64,000 bases of DNA, taken from NCBI RefSeq assembly GCF_036588685.1, contig NC_086383.1:49352001-49416000 (forward strand), in the 5' to 3' direction. This stretch comes from Mytilus trossulus (Eukaryota). A model generated the notes under the pieces. It was not told the DNA's origin. It saw nothing but the letters and a program-made list of their open reading frames with translations, and did no database searches. Below, piece by piece: positions 1 to 13,779 of the stretch (the first letter of the stretch is position 1; each line of letters opens with the position of its first letter). Both the position numbers and the translations under genes were made by a program.

Positions 1-3000
1 ATTATAATATTTTGAAAAAATCATTTTTAATACTCTTTAATGCTGTATTAACCTTATCATACTGTTGTTTAACCACTACATGTTGTATTAGTGTTTAAGT
101 TTAAGCTAAAATTTCTTTAATAATATCTTTCAAAAGCTGCAGAAAAAAAATTATTGATAATATATGCTCGTATTTTCCACGCTTATTGTAAGATACTTTC
201 AAGTTGTATCTTTGATTTAGAAACAATCATTTTATTGAATGAATATTCATATATACTGTTTAGAGCGTTAAATAAGTATTTTGAATGTTATTGGAATTTA
301 AAAAATCATTATTCATTGTAACTTCTGTCTTTTCTGAATAAAATCTTTCTTGCAAATAATTTTTTTTTTTTTTTTAAATATGATTGATCAAAACCTCATT
401 AAATCGAACTTAACACTAAGCGAATAATGTTAAATGCATATATGTAAAAATAGAAATACATGATATGATTGCAAATGATACAGAGACCAAATGTTGTTGA
501 AGTAAGAAACGATAGGTCACAGAACCAATATCGCATACCAAGCTATAAATTGATCAAAAATCACAAAGATAAAATAATTTGAACGAAAAAACGAAGGCAT
601 GATTCATTTACAAAACAATAAAAGAAACAAATGATAAAGGCAACAACCCCTGCTTTACAGGCTTATGACGTGGGACGGGAACAAACAAAAGATGGAAGAA
701 TAACATGGTTCTCATGCCCTTCCTTAATCGTGTGTATAACAGCACAGCATATGACCAAACTACAAAAAGATCGGTTGAAAATAGAGTGACGAATCTGATC
801 AATGGAAAGCAAAACTTTTTTTAGCCAACAATAAAAACTTAATACACAAAGTGCAGACCTTAAGATACTATCAGTAACTGAAAGATTATTCAAGGCCAAT
901 ATCAAATAATACAACAACATGTATCTAGATTGACATATTTATCATTAAACATCGAAAATCCTATGTTTTTATTGGAAAACAATAATTATCAAATGGTGAA
1001 AAACATAATCTCGTTCATTGTGAAAATATAGGTATCAACCTAATGAGGTGACCGCTGTAAGAGTAGGCCTTGAGACTTCACCTTCAAAAAAGAAAACGTT
1101 AACGATAGAGGACAAAACTCACCCTTTTTTCATAAATACTTTCTGGCCTTTTTACGTCTGTTGCATAATCTGTTTGATGTGAAATCATTGATTCTTACGC
1201 ATCAAAAAAAAAATTACATGTTCTTTTGGCTGTCGATTTACAGTTATGTCATTGGCGTTTGATCTTCTGACAGACACTAAACTAAACAATAAAATCGTTA
1301 TCATAGGTTCCAGGTTTAACATTTGATACGCCAGAGGCGTGTTTCGTCTACATAAGACGCATCATTGACACTCAGATCAAAATAGTAAGAAAGCCAAATA
1401 AAGTTAAGAGCATTGTTAACTCAAAATTCCAAAAGGTTGTACCAAGTACAACTAATGTCATCAATGCCTGAGATAAAACAATCTTTAGTATTTCGAATAA
1501 TTCATACTTTTGCAAACAGTTGATTTATAAACAAATGACCATATAATTGATATTCAAGTCAATCCCGAAGTGCTGACTACTAGGAAAAAACATTATAAGA
1601 ACAATGCGTCAGTGTAACCACTTGGGTTTGAAGAATGTAAACAGTCATGAATCAAAACCGATCTTAAAGTTGTCCTTTACTGTCGCTTGGTATTTTGTGT
1701 TATTACCCTGATTTCGTATAAAAATATATAGAGCCTTTTTGTGGTAGTTTGTGGATTTTTTTTTAGGTTTTCGGTATAGACCAGGAAAATCACTATTGAA
1801 CTTGGATTTTTTTTCAAATCTTAACAAAGATACTAAGCTTTTAATTATGTACGCTAGACGCTCGATTTGTCTTTTAAAAACTTATCATATTAACAATTAA
1901 AAGGTAACATCAAGTGCAAAGTTGAAGAGCATTAAAGACCCGAGATTCTGAATGAATGTGTAAAATACAGCTTAATTTTTCTTTTCCTCGGTAGAAAAGT
2001 CTTTTGTGTTTCAAACAGTTAAAAGTTTTGTAAACAATTAATTTAAAATGTATTTAGGACTACAAAGAAGGTATTACATTCGAGCAAGAAACTTCCACCA
2101 GCTGTGGCATCGAACAAATGGTTCTAATAAGATATAGGAAGATGTGGTATGAGTGCTAATGAGACAACTCTCCATCAAAATAACAATTTATAAAACTAAC
2201 CCATTATAGGTCAAGGAATGGTTTGAACACGGAGCTTTGACTCACACCGACCAGTAAGCGATAAAGGGTTCATAAAATACTAGTGTTAAACCATTCAGAC
2301 CGGAAAACCAACGGTCTTGTCTATATAAAAACGAGAAATGAAAAAACACTTATGAACCATTTCAAGAAATGACAACTACTGAACATCAGATTCCTGACTT
2401 AGGATAGGTGAAAACAGTTGCAGCTTTTAATTTCGGGGTCTTGTATAGCTGACTATGCAGTATGGGCTTCAATCATTTTGTAAAGACAGTGAAAGTTCAA
2501 ACTTGTTCATAAAAGATATCTACATTAAGCTGTATGGGTTTTTTTTTAAATTTGTTAAACTAAGAAATTTATTAAAAGCACATTGATTACCTACACGTTT
2601 TTGAAAGACTTAGATATAGTTGTTCCTGACCATATGCATATTTGGACCATACGAGTATGGTCACGACCGTTTGCATATATATACTCATATGGACCGACCA
2701 TTCGCACACGATCCAAGTATTCAGAACGATAAACGTTGAACGTTGAACTTGTTTTCCAATCCACTATAAATGAATACGTTTAAATTAAATTCAATAAGAA
2801 GATATGATATTAGTGCCAATAAGACAATCCTCCATCAAAGTCAAATCAAATGTTTAAAAAAAAATTATAAATCCAAGTGCGGCCTTCAACGCAGAGCATT
2901 GGTTAACACCAAACAGCAGGCTATAGAGGGTAACAAAATGACAAGCGTAACTCAATTCAAACAGGAAAACCAACACAAAACACGAAAAAAAGACAAACTC

Positions 3001-3076
3001 CAATGAACCACACCAACAAACGACAACCACTGAGCAACAGGCCCCTATACAATTTATCTTTCGATCCTTTAATAGT

Positions 3077-3345
3077 CTACCGAATTAGACTATTTACCGG
3101 ATTTGTAATCACATAAGCAACACGACGGGTGCCGCATGTGGAGCAGGATCTGCTTACCCTTCCGGAGCACCTGAGATCACTCCTAGTTTTTGGTGGGGTT
3201 CGTGTTGTTTATTTTTTAGTTTTCTATGTTGTGTCATGTGTACTATTGTTTTTCTGTTTGTCTTTTTCATTTTTAGCCATGGCGTTGTCAGTTTGTTTAA
3301 GATTTACGAGTTTGACTGTCCCTTTGGTGTCTTTCGTCCCTCTTT
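3077..3345 (+). repeat. Interspersed SINE-like repeat (GCTTACCCTTCCGGAGCACCTGAG family); copies at 26726-27010 (+), 52556-52995 (-), 62080-62590 (-)
   Basis: Direct similarity between copies. Confidence 0.8.
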
Positions 3346-3488
3346 AACAGTCCTTTAAGACATATAACTAAGCTATTCTGCAATCAATTCCATCTTTATG
3401 CCTTTATCTTTATCTTGATGTTCTGTGTTACAACCCTACATTTTACTGACAAAAAAGGTAACGCTTGGACACCAAAAGCTGTTCTATA

Positions 3489-3654
3489 AGTTCTGTCTAG
3501 GTGGCCGAGTGGTCTAGAACGCTGGACACAATGATTGATCTGTATTATCAGTTCTGTCTAGGTGGCCGAGTGGTCTAGAACACTGGACACAATGATTGAT
3601 CTGTATTATCAGTTCTGTGTAGGTGGCCGAGTGGTCTAGAACGCTGGACACAAT
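3489..3654 (+). repeat. 61-bp tandem repeat (2.7 copies) containing a tRNA A-box-like GGTGGCCGAGTGGTCTA
   Basis: Units at 3489, 3550 and 3611. Confidence 0.9.
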
Positions 3655-5148
3655 AATTGCGGTGTTGAATCGATATAACAATAGCATGAATGCTGTTTGA
3701 GGGAAAACAAAAAATGGTACTGATGTATAGAGTAATTATGGTGCAGATGTATACATTTAAATGTTTGTGTACTGTACGCCGTAACATATCAATGATGACA
3801 TTTCTATTCATTGAAGTTAATATATGGTGCGCAATTTTCGACAAATAAATAGATAAACAAAATATAATGCATATTATGTTCATCATTTGCATTATCGACC
3901 AATTTGTCACTGATAAAGCAACAGTGTCCATAAAACTCAGGTCTTTATTCGTTACACATATTTCCCATGGATATTCATTTCTTTACAACTAGAAAGACAT
4001 TTTTAAAAGCTCATTTACAATAATATAATCAAAGTACACCTGGCTATCTTTAAATGGTTTGAATCGCACATAAAAGTTATACAGCACGAATGTGTATTCT
4101 ATACAGTAATGGAAAACAATTTTTAAATCGCATATAAAAAAATAGACAAACATTACTATTGGGACAATTAAACATCTTATGTCGAAAATAAGCAGACAAA
4201 ATAATACATATCTATATAACCATCTGCCACTTTTTTCTAACAGATAATTAAGAGACGGTATATTGCCTCGTCTCTTCCTTTTTTTGACAAAACTATTGTC
4301 TGTCTTTGCGACTTGTGGTCGTAGAATGGCACCTTTTGTTTAAAAGATTGCCCATACAATATAAATTTAATAGATACAATACTTGAAAAGTTACTCATGT
4401 ATATAAATTCGTTCTTCAATAGCAAAACGAATGCAAAATAAAGTTTGCAAACAAGTTTCGATTGCGTAAGTAAAACAAATAGAATTTCACATTGTGTGTT
4501 TATTTCTTTTTTTGCACACTTTTAAACATAAAATTCTTATTCCAGCAAATGAAGAATTCAGAACACTAGAAGAACTTTTTATGTTTTATCCTGGGCCTAA
4601 ATATCTTTTTATAGGAAAATAATAAAGAAATTGATTGCTCTTTGTCTAGTTTTCTCGTTGCAACATTTTATATTTGTTCAATTTGCTAATAGTAAATGGT
4701 TCATTACGCATAACCCTACACTATTATCTGCCCTTGGAGTAATATTTCGAAGTTTAAAGGTTTTGTTGACTTAAATCAATAGTATGCGTAGTCATACAGA
4801 AATATTGTGTACATTTCATAAATCTAGGGTAACAAAATTTGAACATACATTGCTCTACTTAATGAAGTAAAACAAAATCATATTTTTATCATCTTCTTTA
4901 TGTAGCAACTTTTCCAGATAGTCCTCTCTGACATATATCTTATTTCGACGTAACTGGTATTCCGTTTATTTCCGTTTTAGATTTGCAAATATTCCTTTTT
5001 GTGAAACAAGTAAAAAGCCTCTCCGCCACCGGTTACAAGCTCTGACAATTGCACACAATTAATTCGGAGCTTATTTATAATTTTAGCCCTCATATGAATG
5101 ATGCTTTATACAGCATAAGTCTTTGTAACAAAGAAATCTGTTTAATTA

Positions 5149-5355
5149 CTGGTGATTCATTTATTTCGTGGGTACCAATTTTCGTGGATTAAGAAAAACT
5201 TGCATATTCGTGGATATTTAATTTCGTGGTTTTGCTGAAGTCTGCATATAAACCTATGAAAAAATTATCTTTCGTTGAATATTCAATTTCGTGGTTTGAC
5301 TGTGCCCACGAAATCCACGAAAATTGGTATCCAACGAATAATAATGAATCCACAG
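5149..5355. mobile_element. Tc1/mariner-type MITE, same family as 26279-26479, opposite orientation
   Basis: Inverted termini, TA flanks, internal AATTTCGTGG repeats. Confidence 0.75.
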
Positions 5356-5420
5356 TAGTACGATTTAATACTTAACAGGATTAGTTTACTCTTCGGGAGC
5401 AACCGAAATCATCCTTAGGT

Positions 5421-5527
5421 TTAGTGATGTTAAGTTAGTGATGTTAAGTTAGTGATGTTAAGTTAGTGATGTTAAGTTAGTGATGTTAAGTTAGTGATGT
5501 TAAGTTAGTGATGTTAAGTTAGTGATG
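5421..5527. repeat. Perfect 14-bp minisatellite (TTAGTGATGTTAAG) x ~7.6
   Basis: Direct reading. Confidence 0.95.
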
Positions 5528-6015
5528 CTCAGTCTTTGGTCTTCTATGCTGATGTTTTCTGTACTGTTGATTTCCTTTCGTCATTTTTTATTTTTAAGAA
5601 TAACTCTGTCAGTTTGTTTTCAAATGATGAATATCCCTTTGGTATTTTTCATATATTTGTTGTATAATGCTGTCTTTTGAAGTGGTTGTAAACACAGTCT
5701 CTTTAAAAAAAATTATCATGGAACCTAAGACAGGGATTAATAATCAGTTGTAATTGATCATTTTATTCAATGATCTTGTTTCCTTTTTGACGTCTTCATT
5801 TGTTAAGTTTGATAATTTATAATTTTGTCAGCACTTGACAGACTAATTTATTCTATTCTTATTAAAAACAAATGTCTTTCTCTCATTTTTTGTTCTTTGA
5901 AATTGAAAAAGACAGATTTCGAATAGTGTATTACTTTTAAGCTTTCTAAATACAGGTTATTAGATATATACAAAAAAAGTTGGTAAATTATTGGTAGTGC
6001 ATGTATCGAAAACCA

Positions 6016-6614
6016 TCACTGTCGTTTGATAAATATGTCATCATCACATTCATAATAGGACGTCATTCCAGCTAGAGATTCTAAGCTAGTAAAATCATTT
6101 GCAGCCACATAATACACTTGACTAGGGTCAAACAAGACGCTTACAAAATTATCATACGAGCAATCCTGACCAGCCACAATACCGACAACCTCGATACGTG
6201 ATTGTTGTAGCAGAGTTACTTCTCTTTTTATACCATCAAAATTCTGCCATTTTCCATCGGAAACGATAACTATAATCTTCCTCTTTGAACTTCTACCTCC
6301 ATTTGAAGATAAAAAACCTTTCTGGTTGAGTTGATTCAATGCATAGCTTAAATTGGAAGTCAAACTCCTTTTTCTGTCTACTTGAAGAGCTGTGGCCACC
6401 ATTTTATCCGTATTGTTCGACCAAGACAAAGGAAACACCTGGGATATGTTATTTGTGTATGAATACAAACCGATATGTGCATCATCATTATAACGGACTA
6501 CTTTTTCTATAACACGTCTTATTGCTTCTTGTCTTGTTCTGTATCCGACAGAGGTTTGGTTGATATTTTTGTCTTGTAGAATTATGATATCTGTATCGGT
6601 GTGTCGAGTACAAT
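6016..6614 (-). CDS. Paralog 1 terminal exon: VWA domain 2 (degenerate MIDAS)
   Basis: 599 nt, TAG acceptor at 6615-6617, TGA at 6016; HIGLYSY, GGR, KIIVIVSDG, VVGIVAG VWA strands. Confidence 0.92.
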
Positions 6615-6675
6615 CTAAATGATAATGCTGTACTTTACTATAAACTATCAAGGAATAATAAAACAAAATGAAATG

Positions 6676-7128
6676 AAACCAGAATGTGTATAAAGAACAC
6701 CGATGTCCCACTCGCACTATCATTTTTCATATTCAATGGACTATGAAATTGGGTAAAAAATCTAATTTGGCATTACAATTTGAAAGATCATACCTTAGGG
6801 AACATGTGCACTATGTTTCAAGTTGATTGGAGACATCAACTTCATAAAAAACTACCTTGACCAAAATCGTTAACTGAAACTCCCACTTTCAATTCCTATG
6901 TTCAGTGGTCCGTGAAATCGGGGCCAAAAGTCTAACTTGGCTTTAAAATTAGAAAGATCATATCATTAGCAACAAGTGTACCAAGTTTCAAGTTGATTGG
7001 ACTTCAGTTTCATCATAAACTACATTGACCAAAAACTTAAACCTTGCGGGCGGACGCACAGACGGACGAACAGACGGACACACAGACCAGAAAACATTAT
7101 GCCCCTCTACTATCGTAGGTGGAGCATA
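6676..7128 (+). mobile_element. Pearl/CvA-like Helentron-associated (HINE-type) element
   Basis: Two ~170-bp internal tandem units, a GGAC/AGAC microsatellite (7050-7088) and a terminal stem-loop TGCCCCTCTACTATCGTAGGTGGAGCA. Confidence 0.7.
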
Positions 7129-8554
7129 ATTTGAAGATAGAAGAACTATAAATATGTGTGAACGTTCTTATTTTATATATATACAAACTAGCTTTTTGGA
7201 TATATTTCAAAACTAAAGACATAAAGTATATCATGCTGATGTTGATCAATAAGAAAATCATTGTACAAATAACAGGTACACAAATTAATTTTTGATTCAT
7301 TTGTACTTGTATAAATGAATTCTCATATAACTTTCTTTGTATGGTCCTCTTTGCGTTTCGCGTTTTAACGCCAAAAAAAAACTACAATAAAACCTATTTT
7401 TAAAGACGACTTCAAGGAAAACAAAACGTGGTTTCTTGAGAAAAAAAGTACCTCTACTACAGGTTCAACCTATATGAAATTATAGAACAGATGGATTTAA
7501 AATTGGTGGTCTTATAATACAGGTTTTTGCTTGATACAGGTAGTCTCTTAACCAGGTTTGACGTTATTTCATTTTGTAACTAAACCGTTATCAAGTCTAA
7601 ATAATAGGATAAAAGCAATATTTGTACATTGTCGGAATCAAATATGATTTTTTTTTTACTTGCTTCAAAACAGGATACCCGTTGGTCGACCCTCTCAGCT
7701 CGTACAAAGATGTTTCTATTTGTTAAGAAACCTATTTGTATTGTCTATTTATACTAGTATGTATGAATATTATATACAATTATGGAATAGACATGGTAGA
7801 GGAACAAGATTTTTTTGCATACAAATGAGCTGAATATTGCAGATTTAATTTACTCTAATTAGATATAAGATGTGGTATGAGTGCCAATGATCCATGTCCC
7901 CATCCAAGTCACAATTTAGCAAAGCAAACCATTATAGGTTAAAGTACGGTCTTCAACACGGAGACATGACTAACCAAGTCAGGAATATGACAGAGAGATT
8001 GACAGTTGTTGTTCATCCGTTGGATGTGTTTTATCATTTGATTTTCAATTTGATGAGATACTTTCCATTTTGAATTTTCCTCGGAGTTCAGCATTTATGT
8101 GATTTTACTTTTTACACCACACAGCAAGCTATAAAGGGTCCCAAAAGTTACAAGTGTAAAACCATTCAAAAGTCTCATCTATTAAAAAAAAACATGAAAC
8201 AAAAAACACACCAACAAACGACAACTTCTGAATGTAAAAAAAATTAATAATATTTGCCTATCCTTCATTTTTATTTAATTATACAAACTTTATATTCATC
8301 AGGCAAACATGATGTGACTAGTATCGAATCTGTAAGTTAAGTTAAAGAAAAAACTAACAGTGTTACTACAATACAAACTTATTTAAAGTCATTTATAAAA
8401 CTACTGCTAGACAAACTCAAAATTTTTAAGGCATTCATCAACCTACTGCATTGAATGTTACGACATAATTACTGAGAATTTCGTGCTTTTGTTAAACATG
8501 ACATAAAATCGAAGGTCACATGATCCGTATGGATTCAACTTTACTAAAACATAC

Positions 8555-8852
8555 CTGTGCAATCTCTGTGTGATGTCTCTCTAAGGAGTTTGTTGTATAT
8601 ATCATCAAAATGTAGCAAATTAAACGTATACTCTGGTTTATTTGAAATATCTATCATCTCCGAATGATCGATAGCTCTTCCAACTGCAACTGTCATGATT
8701 GATCTGATTGGTCGTCTATACGCCGGAAGTCGATTTAAAGTGTTAACATACTCTTCAGCACTATATCGGTCTGATGACAGCCCATCGTAAAGTAGTATGA
8801 TGTGTTGTGATGCTTTGCCTAGCCTAGATCCACTTGTCGTGCTCTGCGCTAT
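8555..8852 (-). CDS. Paralog 1 coding exon 7: VWA domain 1, C-terminal half (IILLYDGLSSD, MTVAVG)
   Basis: 298 nt, CAG acceptor, GTATGT donor; overlaps ORF 8544..8858. Confidence 0.92.
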
Positions 8853-9196
8853 CTGCAAATAATAGGTATATTGTTATAAGCATTGATCTGATTTTCTTAT
8901 TAGCACTTAAGTCCTTTTAACAATGTTTAAAGCTTTTCCTGAACTTCTGCTGCGGCAAAAGTCTAAGTGATTGTTATGTTGCTACTAATGGGTCAATAAA
9001 TTTGTCTTTAGACTTTTTTTTCTCCGAGGGTATCACTACCCTAGTAGGCTGTACTTCCATGTTAGCATGAAAATATGGCCGCTGTTTAATTAAAAATTGT
9101 TGTAATATTTTGAAACTCAGAAAGAGTACAGGACAGCTTAAAATGGGCTACGCAATACTAGATAGTATATACATTATCTTAAAAATATACAAATAC

Positions 9197-9480
9197 CTCA
9201 ACAGCTTTTGACAAAGCCAGTTTAGTGTACGTTGGCGAATGATTTCCATGAATTTGTTTAAGTGCCTCTTTAATGTCCGTCTTCGATGAAAAGTCGTTAA
9301 AATCGAATAAAAGGTGAGCCTGGAATCCATATGTGATGACAGAAAACTGATACTCGTTTTTGCCCATCGGAAGTTTATTTACAAATTTAGATATAAATTC
9401 TACTGTACGATTTATATCATTTTCCTGGCTACTTGAGGTGTCCACAATAAATGTTATATCTGCATGCCCTGGTCTACAGT
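9197..9480 (-). CDS. Paralog 1 coding exon 6: VWA domain 1, N-terminal half (ADITFIVDTSSS MIDAS)
   Basis: 284 nt, CAG acceptor, GTATTT donor; DxSxS motif; overlaps ORF 9179..9445. Confidence 0.92.
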
Positions 9481-10053
9481 CTGCAAAAGTATCAAATCAT
9501 GATCTTGTTAATTGTTGCATTAACACAAAGTTTGACTTGATAAGTGATACATTTATGAACGTTTTTTCCATCAACTATGCTTTACGTACAAAGTGACTTT
9601 ATTCACTTGAATTTCGTCTTGTTCTATGCATTTCTATCTTTGATGGCGAAGGTTAAGTCACAGAAAGTATCACCAATGCATATCAAACTCATAGCAAGTC
9701 ATAATTAATCCACGTTTTAATTTTTATAGTCCCCTTGTGAACTTCTTTCCCAATTTTACACATCTTCTAAGAGTTTATGTGATAGAATTTCGTTGATATA
9801 CATGTGCATTTAATCATAAGCATAGGCATGTTTTTGGGGGTTTTGTATTTTGCCTATTTGAGGTATTAGTATCATTTTTAAAATGTATATTGTAGCACTC
9901 CGTTCATAGATTTTGGAGTAAACTGTTTAGGGTCTTCTTGTTAATTGAAAGTGCCATCTCGAAATGATGTGTGGTCTATTTATTTTATCTTATATATATG
10001 TAAAATGTTATGACTACACCTAAAAGAAATTTTCCTTGAATGTGTCTGCTTAC

Positions 10054-10167
10054 CCTTTTCACATGTTGTTCCGTTAAACCGTTTGGAACAGTCACAAGAA
10101 AAGTCAGCCCATCTATCGTTACAATTTCCTCCGTTTTGACATGGTGCAGCCAAACATTCATTTTTAT
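10054..10167 (-). CDS. Paralog 1 coding exon 5: calcium-binding-type EGF DKNECLAAPCQNGGNCNDRWADFSCDCSKRFNGTTCEK
   Basis: 114-nt phase 1-1 exon with D-x-N-E-C and C-x-D-x4-F-x-C consensus. Confidence 0.92.
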
Positions 10168-11080
10168 CTGAGTGCAGAAAAAGAAGTAATTTATAAAGTT
10201 TATACAGATGGATTAAACAGAAGCAATATAAAAATACGGATAAGTCCTGAATGGTTGTAACATATACACTATCATATATTCTTAAACCGTTAGTTTTAGT
10301 AGTGTATGGATCATGAATAGCCTGGGGAAACCACCGATCTTTGGCAGAAAAAATTGGCAGTCTTTTTTAAATCTGAGAGTTTTTGCAGCTGCATTCAATT
10401 GCTGCTTATTTGATATTTTTACGCATAATTTACAAATATTGCGATTTTGTTTGCAAGCTGATCTTAAACCTAAACGTTTTATATATTTTTCAATGTAAGG
10501 AAACATATTGATGATCAGGTTTATTCAAGGTTACCATTTTGGACAAAAACTGCAAGAAAACATTAATGATTAGAAATTAAAAAAATATAACAATATTATT
10601 CTCCGTTAACAAAAATTCATTATAAGTATATCAAAATTCTACATAGATGGGAGAGCCTTCATGCATGTATGTATCTTACTTGAAAGTAAAAGCCTATAGT
10701 GCGGAGGTAGTGTGATAGACGGTAAAATTAATATTGCTGCTTCTCCGATAAGCACTCGGAATCTAGAAGTAAGACCCAGTCGGCTCAGAGTCAGAATAAT
10801 CTGCTAAGGTCATTAACAAACTTTTATCACCGACTATCACTTTGTGAAAAAAAAATTAAAAACCGTCTCCCCATGTCGGTTACTACCAAGCAGGTTTCGT
10901 ATGCATTTCGCAATAACATGTTCTTGTCCTGAATATGCACATTATTTGTCATTGAATGTTAAACAGCCATGCATCCAACAATCAATTCATCGAATGTTAA
11001 AAAATGCATTTTTCTCAAATCTTGTCATTTTTGCAGCTGTATTCAGGATTTTGTCTCTTAAATAATTGATCTAAACTAAC

Positions 11081-11194
11081 CTGTTCTGCAGTCTGTTGCT
11101 TCATCCCATCCGGGAGTACAATTACACATGTGACTTCCAATCAAGTCATGACATGTTCCACCGTTGTAACATGGAAGGGATAGGCACTGGTCAT
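11081..11194 (-). CDS. Paralog 1 coding exon 4: EGF-like domain DDQCLSLPCYNGGTCHDLIGSHMCNCTPGWDEATDCRT
   Basis: 114-nt phase 1-1 exon with the 6-Cys EGF pattern. Confidence 0.92.
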
Positions 11195-11839
11195 CTACAA
11201 TGCTTCTTATTTAGTTTCTTTATAATAAAACAATAACATGATGATATCGTAAATAGTTAACTAGTTTCTAATATGATACGACTTTGTCTGCCTATTTAAA
11301 GTAATTTATCCTATATAGCAAATCATAAATACAAAGGTCACTGTTCGCATTTTTCTGTAAAGTTCTTTGAATATTATATAATGTAGAAAGAACAATTGTT
11401 TTTATTAAATGGCACTTTTTGTTCCAAGTTGCATTTGTTTTTATGATTTTTAAATATATTCATTTTTAAATTTTCAGCAGTCCAAATACCAAAAAATAAC
11501 CGATATCGCCAACGGTGGTAGCAAAAACGATAAACAGAGGACAATTTTCATAAAAAGTGCAAGTTTTTCAATTGTCTGGTGTCTCTAGAAGTTGTGAACA
11601 AATCAGAAAAAAAATTACCAGCTATAGATACAATATTTTTATATTATCGTGTTATATTTGTCTTCATTCGTTTTCATCCATGGCAATGTAAGTCTATTTT
11701 TTAGTTTCTACTCCTATCCCCACCCTCTCCCTCATACAAAAATATATATTATAATATCAAAATAAATGAAGAATGATGAATGAGAGAAAATCAAAAATCT
11801 AAAAACAAAAACAAATTAAAGCATAGACATACTCCATAC

Positions 11840-11957
11840 CTGAGCAACCTGTATTCCAATAATTAGGACATCGCCGTGGTGAGGTCAGATAGCAAGTTTG
11901 TGTTGGTATGCAGAACGTACTCGTACAGTGGCTTTCTCTTAAATATTCGCTTGGATA
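11840..11957 (-). CDS. Paralog 1 coding exon 3: Cys-rich segment YPSEYLRESHCTSTFCIPTQTCYLTSPRRCPNYWNTGCS
   Basis: CAG acceptor, GTATGG donor, 118 nt; 5 Cys and PTQTCYL conserved with 24899-25010. Confidence 0.85.
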
Positions 11958-13779
11958 CTGAAGCAGTAAACAAAATTTGCATAATGTTTAATTGTTTTTA
12001 GAGAAATGAATAACATAAGGCTTAAAATGACGATGAGGTTGTTTTACACTATCTATGGTTTCATGGGTTTTCTATTTGAATTATAATGGGATGGTACATG
12101 CAAATTAGAACTGATCTGCGCTCGTTTGTTGTGTTTCGAATTCAACTTAGCATTCAAACTTAAGATCAGTTGCTACATTGAAAGAACCGTAACTCCCGAA
12201 TAATTGCTTCTATTGTTTTGTTTTCAAATCGAATGACATTGGTTAGAATATACACAAAAATAACATGAATAAATATCATTTGCTAGATTAAAGATTTTTT
12301 TCTCGCTAATCCATTTCCTGTTTTAATTTCAAGAGAGAAATTAAATCTCTACATACTTCGATTGAATGTTTGCTACTACAACAATCATCATTTATTAACA
12401 AGTTAGTGGGCAGATTACATGGGAAAGTCTATATATACGGAAGATATATATATGAAGATGTGGTATAGTACCAATGATACAACTCTCCATCCTAGTCATT
12501 ATATGTTAAAAGTAAACAATAACAAGTAAAATTACGGTTACCAACACGGAGCCTTGGCTCACACCGAAAAGCAAGCGATATAAGCCACCGAAAAGGCAAG
12601 AGTAAAACAATTACCAATTCAAATTGGAAAACCAACGGTCAAATCTATGTAAAAAGAGGTGCGAGAAATTACAAATACAGAACAACAGATTCATGACAGA
12701 CACCAACCTTCACCTAAACCTTAAAAAAATGTACGTTAATTACAGTACAAACAGACACACTATAATATATCAATTGAAATGGCTTAACTCAATCAAAAAG
12801 ACATGCATTGTGTATTATCAAAAGTATATATGAAATATATATTTTTGTTTTTTTACTTGGCCATGGATAAGTAGTTGATTAAAATCGGAACGATAACACG
12901 ACAGTACTTAAAATACATGAAATGTCTTTCAGATTCTACATATAATGTATGTCGTTCACCCTGCGAATGCTGTTGATCATAAGTTACACAGTATTCTAGT
13001 GACCTGTAATTCAGTGGTTGTCGTGTGTTTTACATAAATAAGGCCGTTAGTTTTCTCGTTTGAATTGTTTTACATTGTCTTATCGGGGCCTTTTATAGCT
13101 GACTATACGGTGTGGGCTTTTCTCATTGTTGAAGGCCGTACGGTGAACTATAGCTGTTAATGTTTGTGTCATTTTGGTCTTTTGTGGATAGTTTTCTCAT
13201 TGGCAATCATACCACATCTTCTTTTTTGTAGTCCGATAAATATGGTTTCAGTGCATTTCGTATGGAGTGAGAGCAAAGCTTGAATTCCCATATGGATTTG
13301 TCTGACCCATATATATCATATAAGTTCACTAGTACACTGTATAGCGAATGTATCTCTCCGACTATCTTAATATGTGGTATTTGCACTAGTGGCCTAAAAA
13401 AAGTGTTGTTGTCTTCAATATTTTTGTATTGGTTTATACAAAAACAAATGTCAACAATAACAACTTTTTGGTTTAAAATATTTGTTATGAATTTATTTTA
13501 ATCGTTCATCATCAACTTCATCACCTGTTGAAACCTATCAGATTTCTACTCAATGCCCAATTGTTATTACCAAGAAACGTAAGACCACTACTTACCGCAT
13601 ATTGAAATAAACCCAGCAAAATTACCCAGTATGAAATATTCATGGTCTCTACCCGTTTGTTTTTACCAATCATATTGATTGAAATGTATAAGAGGGAAGA
13701 TATATATAATATAACAAGGCTTTGTAAATTTATTCAAAAATAGTCCAGGAAAATTAATATGTTACTATATAATTCATAC

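Noticed and set aside
3129-3347. Hydrophobic 72-aa ORF and similar ORFs at 52502-52809, 31073-31267, 35242-35720, 55961-56230
   Set aside because: All fall within interspersed repeats and are typical repeat-derived pseudo-ORFs.
3489-3654. tRNA gene or CRISPR-like array
   Set aside because: Only an A-box-like segment, with no cloverleaf or B-box; units are identical tandem copies without unique spacers, in eukaryotic DNA.
6615-6723. N-terminal extension of the 235-aa ORF (MIVRVGHR...)
   Set aside because: Intronic and partly inside a HINE-like repeat; homology with paralog 2 begins at the 6614 acceptor.
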